A DNA stretch of 56,677 nucleotides from Pseudomonadota bacterium (lineage in GTDB: Bacteria > Pseudomonadota > Alphaproteobacteria > RF32 > CAG-239). Location of the stretch: positions 1 through 56,677 of the forward strand of contig JAUNPO010000002.1 in assembly GCA_030536665.1 (NCBI GenBank), written 5' to 3'. Shown in pieces: positions 9,419-20,010 of this stretch; positions within the stretch are counted from its first letter, which is position 1; every line of letters begins with the position of its first letter. The position numbers and the translations under genes are program-made. Under the pieces are notes generated by a model, which was given only the letters and a program-made list of their open reading frames with translations, was not told the origin of the DNA and did not search any database.

Positions 9419-10201
9419 TTAATCCTTAACAGTAATTTGGCTGGTATAAACGTTTAGTTCGCCAAGCGGCGTATCCTCAATATGGGCTTTGGCGATGAAA
9501 GGAAGTTTAGTCTTTTTTTCTTCCAAAATCCAGAAATAAATCGGGCGGTCAGAAGTAATCTGCCACAACAGGTCATCTCCTTTGGTGTCGAGCTTGTCGA
9601 TATAGAGAGAGCATTTGCGCGCCGTTCCGCCGTAGGGAGAATATTCTCCGGGGATCAGCTCTTCGTCGCCTTCATCTTTGAAGATAACGTCAAAACGGCG
9701 TTTGCCGTCAAAAACTTCCATGCGGGAATCGCAAAAGCGAAGTTCGGCGTATTGTTTTGATATTTCGGCAAAGACGGTTTGGAGGTCGGTTGTTCCCGCA
9801 TTTTTGGGATCCTGCGTGATGTCAACTTTTTTGCTCTTGTCGTTTTTGGAGCTGATGCGGTAGACGGGCAGTCCCTCTTTGTTGTAAAACATTTCTTTGG
9901 TGCGGCGGTTGCTGCGGGTTTTTGATTTGTAGCGGTAAACCTGTGTTTTGAAAGAGCCGTTCGGCATGATGTCGCCGGAGGTATAATATTCGGCGGTAAA
10001 CGGATACACCGTGTCAAAAAAGCCGTTGGTTTTGACTTCTGATTTGGTCAGATAGCGTTTTTTATCAAGATTGTATTCAAAAGAGGTGCGGCTGGCGTCA
10101 AAAATGCCGATATGGACAATGAAGTCGTGTTTAATGCCGGCAGCGTGCAGCGGTTGGCTCGACAGGAGGAAAAGCGATAAAAAAAGCGTTTTTTTGAACA
10201 T
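9419..10201 (-). CDS. secreted DUF3108-like protein
   Basis: Signal peptide MFKKTLFLSLFLLSSQPLHA. Beta-rich 260-aa protein. Its stop lies 2 nt upstream of the U32 ATG, so the two are probably co-transcribed. The family call is from memory. Confidence 0.5.
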   Translation of the reverse strand: MFKKTLFLSLFLLSSQPLHAAGIKHDFIVHIGIFDASRTSFEYNLDKKRYLTKSEVKTNGFFDTVYPFTAEYYTSGDIMPNGSFKTQVYRYKSKTRSNRRTKEMFYNKEGLPVYRISSKNDKSKKVDITQDPKNAGTTDLQTVFAEISKQYAELRFCDSRMEVFDGKRRFDVIFKDEGDEELIPGEYSPYGGTARKCSLYIDKLDTKGDDLLWQITSDRPIYFWILEEKKTKLPFIAKAHIEDTPLGELNVYTSQITVKD

Positions 10202-10270
10202 GGGTTTTAGTCTTTCTTAAATCTTTTGCAGCATACTAACATAAAAAAATATATTTTAAAGGAATTTAAC

Positions 10271-11179
10271 GTGAAAAAGGTTATGGTTTTGAAAGGCGGC
10301 TTTTCCGCGGAAAGGGAAGTCAGCCTGGTCAGCGGCGCCGGGGTGGAGCAGGCGCTGCGGCAAAAAGGGTATGACGTTGCCGGTTTTGATTTGAAAGACA
10401 GCGGCGCGCTGATTGACGCGCTTCGTCGGGAGAAGCCGGACGTTGTTTTTAACGCTTTGCACGGCAACTGGGGTGAAGACGGTGCGGTACAGGCTTTTTT
10501 GGATATGATGCAAATTCCCTATACGCATTCGGGCATGAAAGCGTCTTTGCTGGGGATGGACAAGGAATTGTCCCGCCAGGCTGCCGCCGAGAACGGGGTT
10601 CGCGTTGCTGAGGCCGAGCGTTTGCGCTATGGTGATTATAAAAGCCGGGGGACGAAAATTCCTTATCCTTATGTTTTAAAACCGGTGTGCGACGGTTCAA
10701 GCGTCGGTGTGTTTATTGTCAGAAACGATGCGGATAGGCAGGCTGTTTCTTATGAACGGGATGACGCGGAACTGTTGTGCGAAAAGTATATTGCCGGCAA
10801 AGAACTGACGGTTATGGTTTGGAAAGGCAAGGCTTATGCGGTTACTGAACTGCGGCCGGAAGTTGCGTTTTATGATTACAAGGCCAAGTATACCGAGGGC
10901 ATGACCCGGCACATTCTGCCGGCGGAAATTCCCGAAGAGGCGGCGGCAACGGCGCGGCGTTATGCGGAAACGGTTCACCGGGCCTTGGGCTGCCGGATGG
11001 TTTCGCGTTCTGATTTTCGTTATAATGCCGAGGACGGTGTCGTCTTTTTGGAAATCAACACCAACCCCGGTTTGACGCCGTTGTCCTTGGTGCCGGAACA
11101 GGCGCGTTTTGCCGGAATCAGTTATGAAGATTTGTGCGCCGAACTGGTGGAAAACGCGCAATGCAGAAGCAGAAAGTAA
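10271..11179 (+). CDS. ddl: D-alanine--D-alanine ligase
   Basis: VKKVMVLKGGFSAEREVSL, LHGNWGEDGAVQAFLDMMQIPYTHSG, and an ATP-grasp C-terminus (LEINTNPGLT). GTG at 10271 with AAGGAA 6 nt upstream is preferred over the TTG at 10226 in the ORF track. Confidence 0.92.
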   Translation: MKKVMVLKGGFSAEREVSLVSGAGVEQALRQKGYDVAGFDLKDSGALIDALRREKPDVVFNALHGNWGEDGAVQAFLDMMQIPYTHSGMKASLLGMDKELSRQAAAENGVRVAEAERLRYGDYKSRGTKIPYPYVLKPVCDGSSVGVFIVRNDADRQAVSYERDDAELLCEKYIAGKELTVMVWKGKAYAVTELRPEVAFYDYKAKYTEGMTRHILPAEIPEEAAATARRYAETVHRALGCRMVSRSDFRYNAEDGVVFLEINTNPGLTPLSLVPEQARFAGISYEDLCAELVENAQCRSRK

Positions 11180-12093
11180 TTGTTATTGCCGGGCCGACGG
11201 CTTCGGGAAAGTCGCAGCTGGCCATTGATGCGGCGCTTGCAGTCGGCGGTGTGGTGGTGAATGCCGACTCTATGCAGGTTTACCGGAATACGCCGATTAT
11301 TTCCGCTTGTCCGAGTGCGGAAGACAAAGCGCTTGTCGCGCACCGGCTGTATGAAATCTGGGATGCGGAAAAAAACGGCTCGGTTGTCGATTGGCTGAAT
11401 TTGGCGGTTGCCGAGATTAAAAACATTTGGCGGGACGGAAAAATTCCGGTTGTCGTCGGCGGGACGGGGCTGTATTTGGATAATCTGATTAACGGAACGA
11501 CGCCAATTCCCGAAACAAGTCCGGAAGTCAGGGACAAAGTAAAAAAAATGCTGGAAGATAACGGCGTTCGGCGGTTGCATGATATGCTGGCGGAATTTGA
11601 TCCGCCGTCTGCGGCAAAACTGAATCCTAATGATACGACCCGGGTGCGCCGGGCTTTGGAAGTTTATTTTGATACGGGGAAAGCTTTGAGCGCCTGGCAT
11701 AAGCTGCCGATGATAAAGAAGCTTCCCGATGCGGCATTTTGGATTGTCAAGATTGTGCCAATGGCGGAAGAGCTGGATGGGCGCTGTTTTCGGCGTTTTG
11801 ACCAAATGATTTCCGGCGGTGCGCCAGACGAGGCTGCCGCGTTGTCCGCCCGTCACCTGGACCGCCGGCTGCCGGCCATGCGCGCGCTCGGCGTTCCCGA
11901 ACTGATGGATTATGCAGAGGGAAAAACGACGCTGGAGGAGGCGGTTATGCTCGGAAAACTGCACACGCGGCAATATGCCAAGCGCCAGCGAACCTGGTTT
12001 AATAATAAACTCAAGGCTGATTTAGTGCTGAATCAATGTTATAGCGGGCAAAAAGAAGTTATAGAAAATATAATTAAGTTTGTGAAAAGTTAA
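11161..12093 (+). CDS. miaA: tRNA dimethylallyltransferase
   Basis: P-loop VIVIAGPTASGKS, VVVGGTGLY, and the TRQYAKRQRTWF motif. The ATG at 11161 overlaps the end of ddl by 19 nt. Confidence 0.93.
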   Translation: MQKQKVIVIAGPTASGKSQLAIDAALAVGGVVVNADSMQVYRNTPIISACPSAEDKALVAHRLYEIWDAEKNGSVVDWLNLAVAEIKNIWRDGKIPVVVGGTGLYLDNLINGTTPIPETSPEVRDKVKKMLEDNGVRRLHDMLAEFDPPSAAKLNPNDTTRVRRALEVYFDTGKALSAWHKLPMIKKLPDAAFWIVKIVPMAEELDGRCFRRFDQMISGGAPDEAAALSARHLDRRLPAMRALGVPELMDYAEGKTTLEEAVMLGKLHTRQYAKRQRTWFNNKLKADLVLNQCYSGQKEVIENIIKFVKS

Positions 12094-12153
12094 TTAATAG
12101 TGTTGCACAATAGGCGAGATGGTTATAAAAAGAATTAATAATTAATGAACTGA

Positions 12154-13212
<1,059 letters not shown>

Positions 13213-13330
13213 ATTGTTTTGGGCGTGTTTCCGAGCCGGCATAAGATTTTCTCCGGAATGTTTTATGGCGGCTTGGGGAACACGCTCTTTCTGCTTTATG
13301 TAAACCTTTCGTTTCCGAGTTACAGACGTT

Positions 13331-14209
13331 ATGAAGCACAGACGAGTTTTATTTATGCAATTAAGCCAGATCAGGCTGCTGATTAAAAAGTTTGCTTTAG
13401 TCATTCTTTTTTTGGCGGCTTTTATTATGATGCTGGTCAATAAAACCGATACGGTGCTGATTGACAAGACGTCTTCGGTGGCAACGGACGTTATCAGTCC
13501 GGTTATTGACGTGCTGATTATTCCGGCGCGGCTGGTTGCCAATGTTTATGATTATTTTAAGGGAATGAGCCTGGCTTATGAGGAAAATAAGCAGTTGAAG
13601 ATGGAAAACCGCAAGCTGCGTCTTATCGGCGAGCGGGCCCGGGCTTTGGAAATCGAAAACAAACTGTTGTCGCGTATTTTGAATTATACAAAACCGCCGG
13701 CGGAAAAAATGGTGACGGCCCGTATTGTGGCTGAGGAAGGGGATGCCTTTTCCCATTCTCTGATTGCTTATGTCGGCAAGGATAACGCTTCTGTCGAGGA
13801 AGGGCAGATTGTTTTGAACGAACGCGGCATTATCGGGCGAATCGACAATATCGGAGATGCTTATGCAAAAATCTTGCTGTTGACGGACATCAATTCCAGG
13901 ATTCCGGTCGTTATCGAAAAAAGCAGAACCCGAGGGATGATGGCCGGCGACAATACGCAAAGCCCGAAACTTGTCTTTTTGCCGTTGTCTGCGGAAATCA
14001 GCGTCGGCGACAGAATCGTTACCTCCGGTGTTGCCGGTGTTTTTCCTCCCGGTTTGCCGGTCGGCGTCGTCAGCAAAGTTGACAAGCGGGATATCCGTAT
14101 TACGCCTTATGCGAATCTGGACAGCCTTGAATATGTTAAAATCGTTTCTTTTGCCGAAGAGGCTGCGCCGGAAAGCGATTTGGCCTCGCCGGAAAACAGC
14201 GGGATTTAG
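13331..14209 (+). CDS. mreC: rod shape-determining protein MreC
   Basis: N-terminal TM segment, coiled coil (ENKQLKMENRKLR), and a C-terminal beta domain with IVTSGVAGVFPPGLPVGVV. Lies between mreB and mreD. An ATG at 13355 is an alternative start. Confidence 0.88.
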   Translation: MKHRRVLFMQLSQIRLLIKKFALVILFLAAFIMMLVNKTDTVLIDKTSSVATDVISPVIDVLIIPARLVANVYDYFKGMSLAYEENKQLKMENRKLRLIGERARALEIENKLLSRILNYTKPPAEKMVTARIVAEEGDAFSHSLIAYVGKDNASVEEGQIVLNERGIIGRIDNIGDAYAKILLLTDINSRIPVVIEKSRTRGMMAGDNTQSPKLVFLPLSAEISVGDRIVTSGVAGVFPPGLPVGVVSKVDKRDIRITPYANLDSLEYVKIVSFAEEAAPESDLASPENSGI

Positions 14210-14214
14210 TTTCG

Positions 14215-14724
14215 ATGAACGATGACTGGAAGGAAACATTGACATTATATCTGCAACGGCTGCTGCCGCTTTTGTCGTCGGTTTTGCTGCTGTTGCTTTC
14301 CTGTATGCCTTTTGTTCCGGCAATTTTTCATCCTTCTGTTGCCTTGATTTGCGTGTATTACTGGATGTTGCATCGGTCGGATGTTTTTAACCTGTTTTCG
14401 GTTTTTATTCTGGGCGTCGTGGCTGACTTGATTTCTGCATCGCCGTGGGGGGCAAATGTTTTTGAATTGTTGATTTTGTTTGTTTTAATCAGTAATTTTT
14501 TGAAATATTTCAACGGAAAGCCTTTTGAGGTTATGTGGGCGGGATTTATTCCGGCAGCTTTTATTTCCATGTTTGCCAAGTGGTTCGTGCTTTCGGTTTA
14601 TTACAGCCAGTTTTTGCCATTGGGAATGTTGATGTTTTCTTTGCTGATTACGGTTGCGTCTTATCCGATTGTCAGCCTGGTTAATGTTTTTGTGCAGAAC
14701 AAACTTATGACGGACGAGGTTTGA
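14215..14724 (+). CDS. mreD: rod shape-determining protein MreD
   Basis: 169-aa polytopic hydrophobic protein lying between mreC and mrdA. Confidence 0.8.
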   Translation: MNDDWKETLTLYLQRLLPLLSSVLLLLLSCMPFVPAIFHPSVALICVYYWMLHRSDVFNLFSVFILGVVADLISASPWGANVFELLILFVLISNFLKYFNGKPFEVMWAGFIPAAFISMFAKWFVLSVYYSQFLPLGMLMFSLLITVASYPIVSLVNVFVQNKLMTDEV

Positions 14725-14725
14725 G

Positions 14726-16558
14726 ATGAATCGCGACAATGACAAGGGCAAGGTTCTGATTAAACGCTCCATGATTATGGCGGGATGCAAGGTGTTTGTT
14801 TTGCTGTGTATCATTGCCCGTCTGTATTATCTGCAGGTTTATCAGGCAGACAGGTTTAAGACTTTGGCTGACGAAAACCGCATATCCACCCGCCTTTTGA
14901 TTCCGCAGCGCGGTATTATTTATGACCGTAACCATAAGGTTTTGGCAACGAATGAGCAGAATTTTCAGGCGTTGATTGTGGCTGAGCAAACGACAAATGT
15001 TCAGGAAACGCTGGATGCTTTTAAGAAAATCATGCCCTTGAGTGACAGCGAAGAAGAGCGAATTAAGCGGGATTTGAAGCGCAACCGCAGTTTTGTGCCG
15101 ATAAAAATCAAAGATAACCTGACGTGGGAAGAAGTTTCAAGGATTCAACTGAACGCTTCCGATTTGCCCGGCATTATCATAGACGAGGGGTTGAACCGCT
15201 ATTATCCTTACGGTGAAAAAATGGCGCCGGTTATCGGTTATGTGGCGGCGGTTTCCGAGAAAGACGTTAAAGACGATCCCTTGCTGGAAGTTCCGGGATT
15301 TAAAATCGGAAAGTCCGGTATTGAGAAATATTTGGAACAGCGGTTGCGCGGCAAAGGCGGTATTTTGAAGCTTGAAGTCAATGCTTACGGCCGGGTTATG
15401 AAAGAGATTGAAGAAACCGAAGGCGTTCACGGCGAAAACATTACTTTGACGCTTGATGTCCGGTTGCAGGAAAAAGCCTATGATGCGTTTGGCGAAGAGA
15501 GCGGCGCGGCAATTTTGCTGGATGTCCACAGCGGCGAAATTCTGGCTTTTGTTTCAACGCCGTCTTTTGATCCCAATGCTTTTACGCAGGGGTTGAGCAC
15601 GGAGCAGTGGAATGCGCTTTTGAATAACGAACGCCATCCGCTGACAAATAAGGCCATTCAGGGGCAGTATTCTCCCGGTTCGGTTTTCAAACCGCTGGTG
15701 GCGATTGCCGGGTTGGAAGCCGGAGCAATAAAAACAGATACGCGGCATTTCTGTGCCGGAAAAATGCTGTTGGGCGATCATCCTTTTCATTGCTGGAAGA
15801 AAATCGGCCATGGGTATCTTGACGTGGTTGAGGCTCTGAAGCATTCCTGCGATATCTTTTTTTATGAAACGGCACAGCGGACGGGGATTGATAAGATTGC
15901 TGAAGTTGCCCGGCGTTTTGGTTTGGGCAAGGCGGTGAATATCGGTTTGGAAAATGAAAAGTCCGGATTGGTTCCCGATAAAGAATGGAAGCTGAAACGT
16001 TATGGCGAGCCGTGGCAGGTCGGCGAAAGCCTTATTTCCGGCATTGGGCAGGGATATCTTTTGGTGACGCCGCTGCAGTTGGCAACGATGACTGCCCGTT
16101 TGGCTAACGGCGGTTATGAAGTGACGCCGACGTTTTTTCCGGTTAAAGATAAAAACCATTTTAACAAGATTAATGTTTCCAAGGCGCATTTGGATATTGT
16201 CAAACAAGGGATGTTTGAGGTTGTCAATGCTCCCGGAGGAACGGCCTGGGCTTCTCAGTTTGTTTATAACGGCCAGCGGATGAGCGGGAAGACCGGCTCG
16301 GTTCAAGTGCGCCGTATCAGTTTGAAGGAGCGCCAGACGGGTATTATCAAACAAAAAGACCTGCCTTGGAAATATCGCGACCATGCGATTTTTATCGCTT
16401 ATGCGCCGGCGGATAATCCTAAATATGCCTTGGCCGTTTTGGTTGAGCACGGCGGCGGCGGTTCGTCCGTGGCGGCGCCGATTGCGGCAAAGATTTTGAA
16501 GGAAAGTTTGATTCTTGACCCCGTCGGAAAAGAAGCGGCGGCTCAGCAGCAGGAATAA
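14726..16558 (+). CDS. mrdA: penicillin-binding protein 2 (elongasome transpeptidase)
   Basis: 610 aa. N-terminal anchor, SxxK (SPGSVFKP), a KTG triad (SGKTGS), and the HGGGGS region. The ATG lies 1 nt after the mreD stop. Confidence 0.93.
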   Translation: MNRDNDKGKVLIKRSMIMAGCKVFVLLCIIARLYYLQVYQADRFKTLADENRISTRLLIPQRGIIYDRNHKVLATNEQNFQALIVAEQTTNVQETLDAFKKIMPLSDSEEERIKRDLKRNRSFVPIKIKDNLTWEEVSRIQLNASDLPGIIIDEGLNRYYPYGEKMAPVIGYVAAVSEKDVKDDPLLEVPGFKIGKSGIEKYLEQRLRGKGGILKLEVNAYGRVMKEIEETEGVHGENITLTLDVRLQEKAYDAFGEESGAAILLDVHSGEILAFVSTPSFDPNAFTQGLSTEQWNALLNNERHPLTNKAIQGQYSPGSVFKPLVAIAGLEAGAIKTDTRHFCAGKMLLGDHPFHCWKKIGHGYLDVVEALKHSCDIFFYETAQRTGIDKIAEVARRFGLGKAVNIGLENEKSGLVPDKEWKLKRYGEPWQVGESLISGIGQGYLLVTPLQLATMTARLANGGYEVTPTFFPVKDKNHFNKINVSKAHLDIVKQGMFEVVNAPGGTAWASQFVYNGQRMSGKTGSVQVRRISLKERQTGIIKQKDLPWKYRDHAIFIAYAPADNPKYALAVLVEHGGGGSSVAAPIAAKILKESLILDPVGKEAAAQQQE

Positions 16559-16563
16559 AAGAT

Positions 16564-17703
16564 ATGTACAAACCTTATGAAACGACGTTTAAAAGTCAGA
16601 AGCTGACAATCAGGGAAAAGCTGATGAATATCAGTTTTTGCTATGTTTTGTTTATTTGCATTTTGGCGGCAATCGGCATTACGATGTTGTATTCTGCCGC
16701 GAACGGCAGCTGGCGGCCGTGGGCGTTGAACCAGCTTGTCCGTTTTGGCGTCGGCTTTGGCGTTATGCTGTTTTTTGCTCTGATTGATATTCGCGTTTTA
16801 ATGCGCTATGCTTATGTGTTTTATTTCTTTACGCTTATTCTGCTGGTGATTGTTGAAGTCGGCGGGCATGTCGGCATGGGGGCTCAGCGCTGGATTAATT
16901 TTGGCTTTTTTAAGTTACAGCCGTCGGAGTTGATGAAAATTGCCCTTGTGTTGGCTTTGGCCAGGTTTTTTCACACGTCTTCATTGCAGTCGATTGAAAG
17001 TATCAAGGGGATTATTCCCGCGCTGCTGCTGGCGTTGGTTCCGGCCGGGCTGATTATTATTCAGCCGGATTTGGGAACGGGTTTAATGCTGCTTTTTACG
17101 ACAACGGCCATCTTTTTTGCCATTGGGGTACAGTTGTGGAAGTTTGCGATTGTTGCCGTTTGCGGTATTGTGCTGATGCCGATTGCCTGGATGTTTTTGC
17201 ATGATTATCAACGCGACCGCGTTTTAACGTTTCTCAATCCGGAAAGGGATCCGCTTGGCGCGGGCTATCATATTATTCAATCCAAAATTGCTCTGGGATC
17301 AGGCGGCGTTTTCGGCAAAGGTTTTTTGAAAGGGACGCAGAGCCATTTGAATTTTTTGCCGGAAAAACATACCGATTTTATTTTTACCATGCTTTCCGAA
17401 GAATGGGGCATGATTGGCGCCGTTTTTGTCATCTTGGTTAATTTTTGCATTATTGCCTACGGTTATTCCTTTGCCATGAAAAGCACCAGCTATTTCGGCA
17501 AGGTTGTTGCCATCGGCTTGACAACCAACTATTTTCTCTACGTTTCAATTAACACCGCCATGGTTTTAGGTCTTATTCCCGTTGTCGGTATTCCCCTTCC
17601 GCTGATTTCCTATGGCGGAACAGTCATGCTCTCCATCATGGCGAGTTTCGGAATCCTTTTATCGGTATATATTAATCGTCACATTCAATTCGGCAAAGAA
17701 TAA
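16564..17703 (+). CDS. rodA: SEDS-family peptidoglycan polymerase RodA
   Basis: QPSELMK, PEKHTDFIF and IPLPLISYGGT motifs, about 10 TM segments, directly downstream of mrdA. Confidence 0.94.
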   Translation: MYKPYETTFKSQKLTIREKLMNISFCYVLFICILAAIGITMLYSAANGSWRPWALNQLVRFGVGFGVMLFFALIDIRVLMRYAYVFYFFTLILLVIVEVGGHVGMGAQRWINFGFFKLQPSELMKIALVLALARFFHTSSLQSIESIKGIIPALLLALVPAGLIIIQPDLGTGLMLLFTTTAIFFAIGVQLWKFAIVAVCGIVLMPIAWMFLHDYQRDRVLTFLNPERDPLGAGYHIIQSKIALGSGGVFGKGFLKGTQSHLNFLPEKHTDFIFTMLSEEWGMIGAVFVILVNFCIIAYGYSFAMKSTSYFGKVVAIGLTTNYFLYVSINTAMVLGLIPVVGIPLPLISYGGTVMLSIMASFGILLSVYINRHIQFGKE

Positions 17704-17723
17704 AAAGCGTATAGCACGTCATC

Positions 17724-17804
17724 TAGAGCGATTTTACGGTGGCTCGAAAAATCCATGTACTAATGTGTACACTAGGATTTTTCTCACACCTAGAAATCAC
17801 TCTA
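17724..17804. repeat. long imperfect hairpin (about 81 nt) downstream of rodA
   Basis: Hand-paired arms: TAGAG/CTCTA, GATTTT/GAAATC, GGTG/CACC, AAAAATCC/GGATTTTT and TGTAC/GTACA around the loop TAATGT. About 29 bp including one G-U pair. Confidence 0.6.
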
Positions 17805-17842
17805 TCTAACGCACTCTCCGCTTTTTCTTTAGCGGAGAATGA
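17794..17842. repeat. 49-bp direct repeat, copy 1 (contains hairpin CTCCGCT-8 nt-AGCGGAG)
   Basis: AAATCACTCTATCTAACGCACTCTCCGCTTTTTCTTTAGCGGAGAATGA is 46/49 identical to 17934-17982. Confidence 0.85.
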
Positions 17843-17933
17843 ATGTGGGAGGTGCTTTTTTGCCCTTAAATCTTATTATCTGACTCACATAATCCCTTTT
17901 CTTATCCTGTTCTAAGAGGTGCTTCCGCCGTTA

Positions 17934-17982
17934 AAATCACTCTATCTAACGCATTCTCCGCTTTTTCTTTAGCAGAAAATGA
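17934..17982. repeat. 49-bp direct repeat, copy 2 (hairpin degenerate)
   Basis: 46/49 identical to 17794-17842, offset 140 bp. Confidence 0.85.
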
Positions 17983-18012
17983 GAGAGTTTGAGAATATAA
18001 GAGTAAGAGAAA

Positions 18013-19227
18013 TTATTCGTGTTCCCGCTGGCGGGGAAGATTTCTTGAAGAACGGGAGGATGGATTCCGCGGCGGTTGTTTATGTAAGTTATTTTTACGT
18101 TCGATGACGCGCTGCGTTGTTTCCGTTACTTTTTCACCCTTGATTGTTCTTTGGCGGCTTTTATTATAACGACGCAGATGTTTTTTGGCTTCATTAGGCA
18201 GAGCGATGGCGTATTCTGACGTTAAGTCTATTCCTTCCGGTGCATTTTTTATGTCGAGATTCAGGCTTAAAGCGGCAGCCAGAAGCCCGGTGCGGAAGGC
18301 TTCGGTTTTAATATCGTCAAAGACAACGCTTTCCAAGCCGTTTTCCTTGGCTGTTTTTAGGAGTTGGTAGAAATATTCATAAGACAGAGGCTGGTTATTT
18401 TGTGCGCCGATTTTTACGTTCGCGCTTTCCGAATCCGGTTCCGCTTCAATGGAGATGACGGCGCCGCTGTCGCCTTTTTCTTCCTGTTCCGGCGATGGGG
18501 TTATCGTGATGTCCAGCTTGTTTTCCTGCGGCGCTTCATAGCTGATTGTTCTTTTAGGTTCGTTATTCTCATCCAAATCACTGTTGACCCATTCTTCCAA
18601 TGGCTCTGCATATTGTTCAATCAGGGATTTGTTTTCCCCCGTTTTTACGGGAGCCTGTTGTGCCGTTTCTTCTTTTTCAGGCTGTTGCGGGATGTTTTTT
18701 TCTTCTTCGACAGAAACCGGAACTTGCCGTTCTTTTTTCTTTTCGGCTTTTTGAGCCTGCGGTTGCTTTGTTTGTTCAGGTGCTTTTTGCGGAGCTTCTT
18801 TGAGGATGAACACTCTTTTGTTGGGAATAATTAAAACCCGTTTGTCAGTGTCTTTATATTTTTCTTTATAGAAGGCCAGTTCTTCGTCGTAAGTCATTTC
18901 TTGTTTTTCTTCGACGGGTGCCGCCGGCGTTTTTTTCTTTTTTCTTTTTTTACGTTTTGGGGCTGGTGGAGGCGTTTGTTCTTCTCCGGCAGTTTCAATA
19001 ATTTTGTTCAAGTCAGCAAAATCGTGGATAATCTGAGGTTTTTCTGTGGTTGTTTGAGGGGTGTTTTCTTTTTTCCGGCTCGTATATTTTTCAAGAATGT
19101 TGTCTTTCAGCCGCCGGCCTTGATTGGCCCGCAGCGCAAATTTCAGGCCATTGGGATTGGTTATCTCAAATCCCTGTTGTTCCAGCTCTTTGCGGTATTC
19201 TTCATATGTGACAATATCTTTGGCCAT
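18013..19227 (-). CDS. hypothetical protein (404 aa), mostly low-complexity Lys/Glu/Pro/Gln-rich
   Basis: ATG with AAGG upstream. Short ordered-looking N-terminal (about 50 aa) and C-terminal (about 100 aa) parts flank KRKKRKKKK and PQ/EK-rich stretches. Confidence 0.6.
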   Translation of the reverse strand: MAKDIVTYEEYRKELEQQGFEITNPNGLKFALRANQGRRLKDNILEKYTSRKKENTPQTTTEKPQIIHDFADLNKIIETAGEEQTPPPAPKRKKRKKKKTPAAPVEEKQEMTYDEELAFYKEKYKDTDKRVLIIPNKRVFILKEAPQKAPEQTKQPQAQKAEKKKERQVPVSVEEEKNIPQQPEKEETAQQAPVKTGENKSLIEQYAEPLEEWVNSDLDENNEPKRTISYEAPQENKLDITITPSPEQEEKGDSGAVISIEAEPDSESANVKIGAQNNQPLSYEYFYQLLKTAKENGLESVVFDDIKTEAFRTGLLAAALSLNLDIKNAPEGIDLTSEYAIALPNEAKKHLRRYNKSRQRTIKGEKVTETTQRVIERKNNLHKQPPRNPSSRSSRNLPRQREHE

Positions 19228-19290
19228 TTGTTTTACCTTACTGAAAAATATATGTTTAATGTAGCATATAAATAAGGCGGCGTCCAGTCC

Positions 19291-20010
19291 TTATCGCCTG
19301 AGGACGCTGGCAAACTCTTCTTTGGTTTGAGCACGAAGGTAGGGGTTGCAGCGTTTTTCAATGCCCAGCGGTGTCGGCGCAACGGGAAGTCCGCGCTGCA
19401 GACGATTTTGCGCGTTTTGCAGATAAGCAATGACATCCGGGTTGCTGTTGGCAAAATACAGGGCATCGTTGGCGCTGGCCATGGTGTATTCGTGTCCGGG
19501 ATAAAAAACAACGTCATCCGGAAGATTTTTCACCTTTTGCACCGAAGCCCACATTTGGTCGATGTTTCCTTCAAATAAGCCGCCGATGCAGAGGTTGAAC
19601 AGCATATCGCCGGTAAAGACGATTTTATCTTCGGGAAAATACCACAGGATATGGCCGATTGTGTGGCCGTCAACACCGATGATTTCAGCGCGCGATTTTC
19701 CCAGCATGAATGTATCTCCCGGGTTTACGCCGCGGTCGAAGCCCGGAATTCTTTTGGCGTCGGCATTGTTGCCGATGATTTCGGCATGAAATATTTGTTT
19801 CATGTCCAGATTGCTGTCCGTGTGGTCAAAATGGTGATGGGTATTAAGCACAAAAGAGGGTTTTATCGCCAGTTCTTTGCAGGCAGCGACAATCGGCGCT
19901 GTTTCTGAGGGGTCGATAACGGCGCTGATGCCTGTTTCCTTATCGGTTATCAGATAGGAATAGTTATCCATGGAGCCGGCGCGGCAGAGGACGGTATTGA
20001 CCTTTATCAT
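19291..20010 (-). CDS. gloB: hydroxyacylglutathione hydrolase (glyoxalase II), MBL fold
   Basis: NTHHHFDHTDSN metal-binding motif, 239 aa, PGHEYT. The ATG overlaps the upstream stop as ATGA. Confidence 0.85.
   Translation of the reverse strand: MIKVNTVLCRAGSMDNYSYLITDKETGISAVIDPSETAPIVAACKELAIKPSFVLNTHHHFDHTDSNLDMKQIFHAEIIGNNADAKRIPGFDRGVNPGDTFMLGKSRAEIIGVDGHTIGHILWYFPEDKIVFTGDMLFNLCIGGLFEGNIDQMWASVQKVKNLPDDVVFYPGHEYTMASANDALYFANSNPDVIAYLQNAQNRLQRGLPVAPTPLGIEKRCNPYLRAQTKEEFASVLRR

Noticed and set aside
10226-10270. The longest-ORF starts given by the track for ddl (TTG 10226). The same issue applies to miaA (11134), yidC (31250), yqaA (39407), cstA (39477), the esterase (42780), the DUF2333 gene (25439), the ABC-2 permease (47682) and the orphans at 27113 and 33124.
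   Set aside because: In each case an in-frame ATG or GTG further downstream has a Shine-Dalgarno sequence at proper spacing and gives an N-terminus matching the family. The extended N-termini also overlap neighbouring genes or promoters.
17794-17982. CRISPR array.
   Set aside because: There are only two repeat copies, the intervening segment is 91 nt, the repeats are imperfect (46/49), and no cas genes are present in the window.
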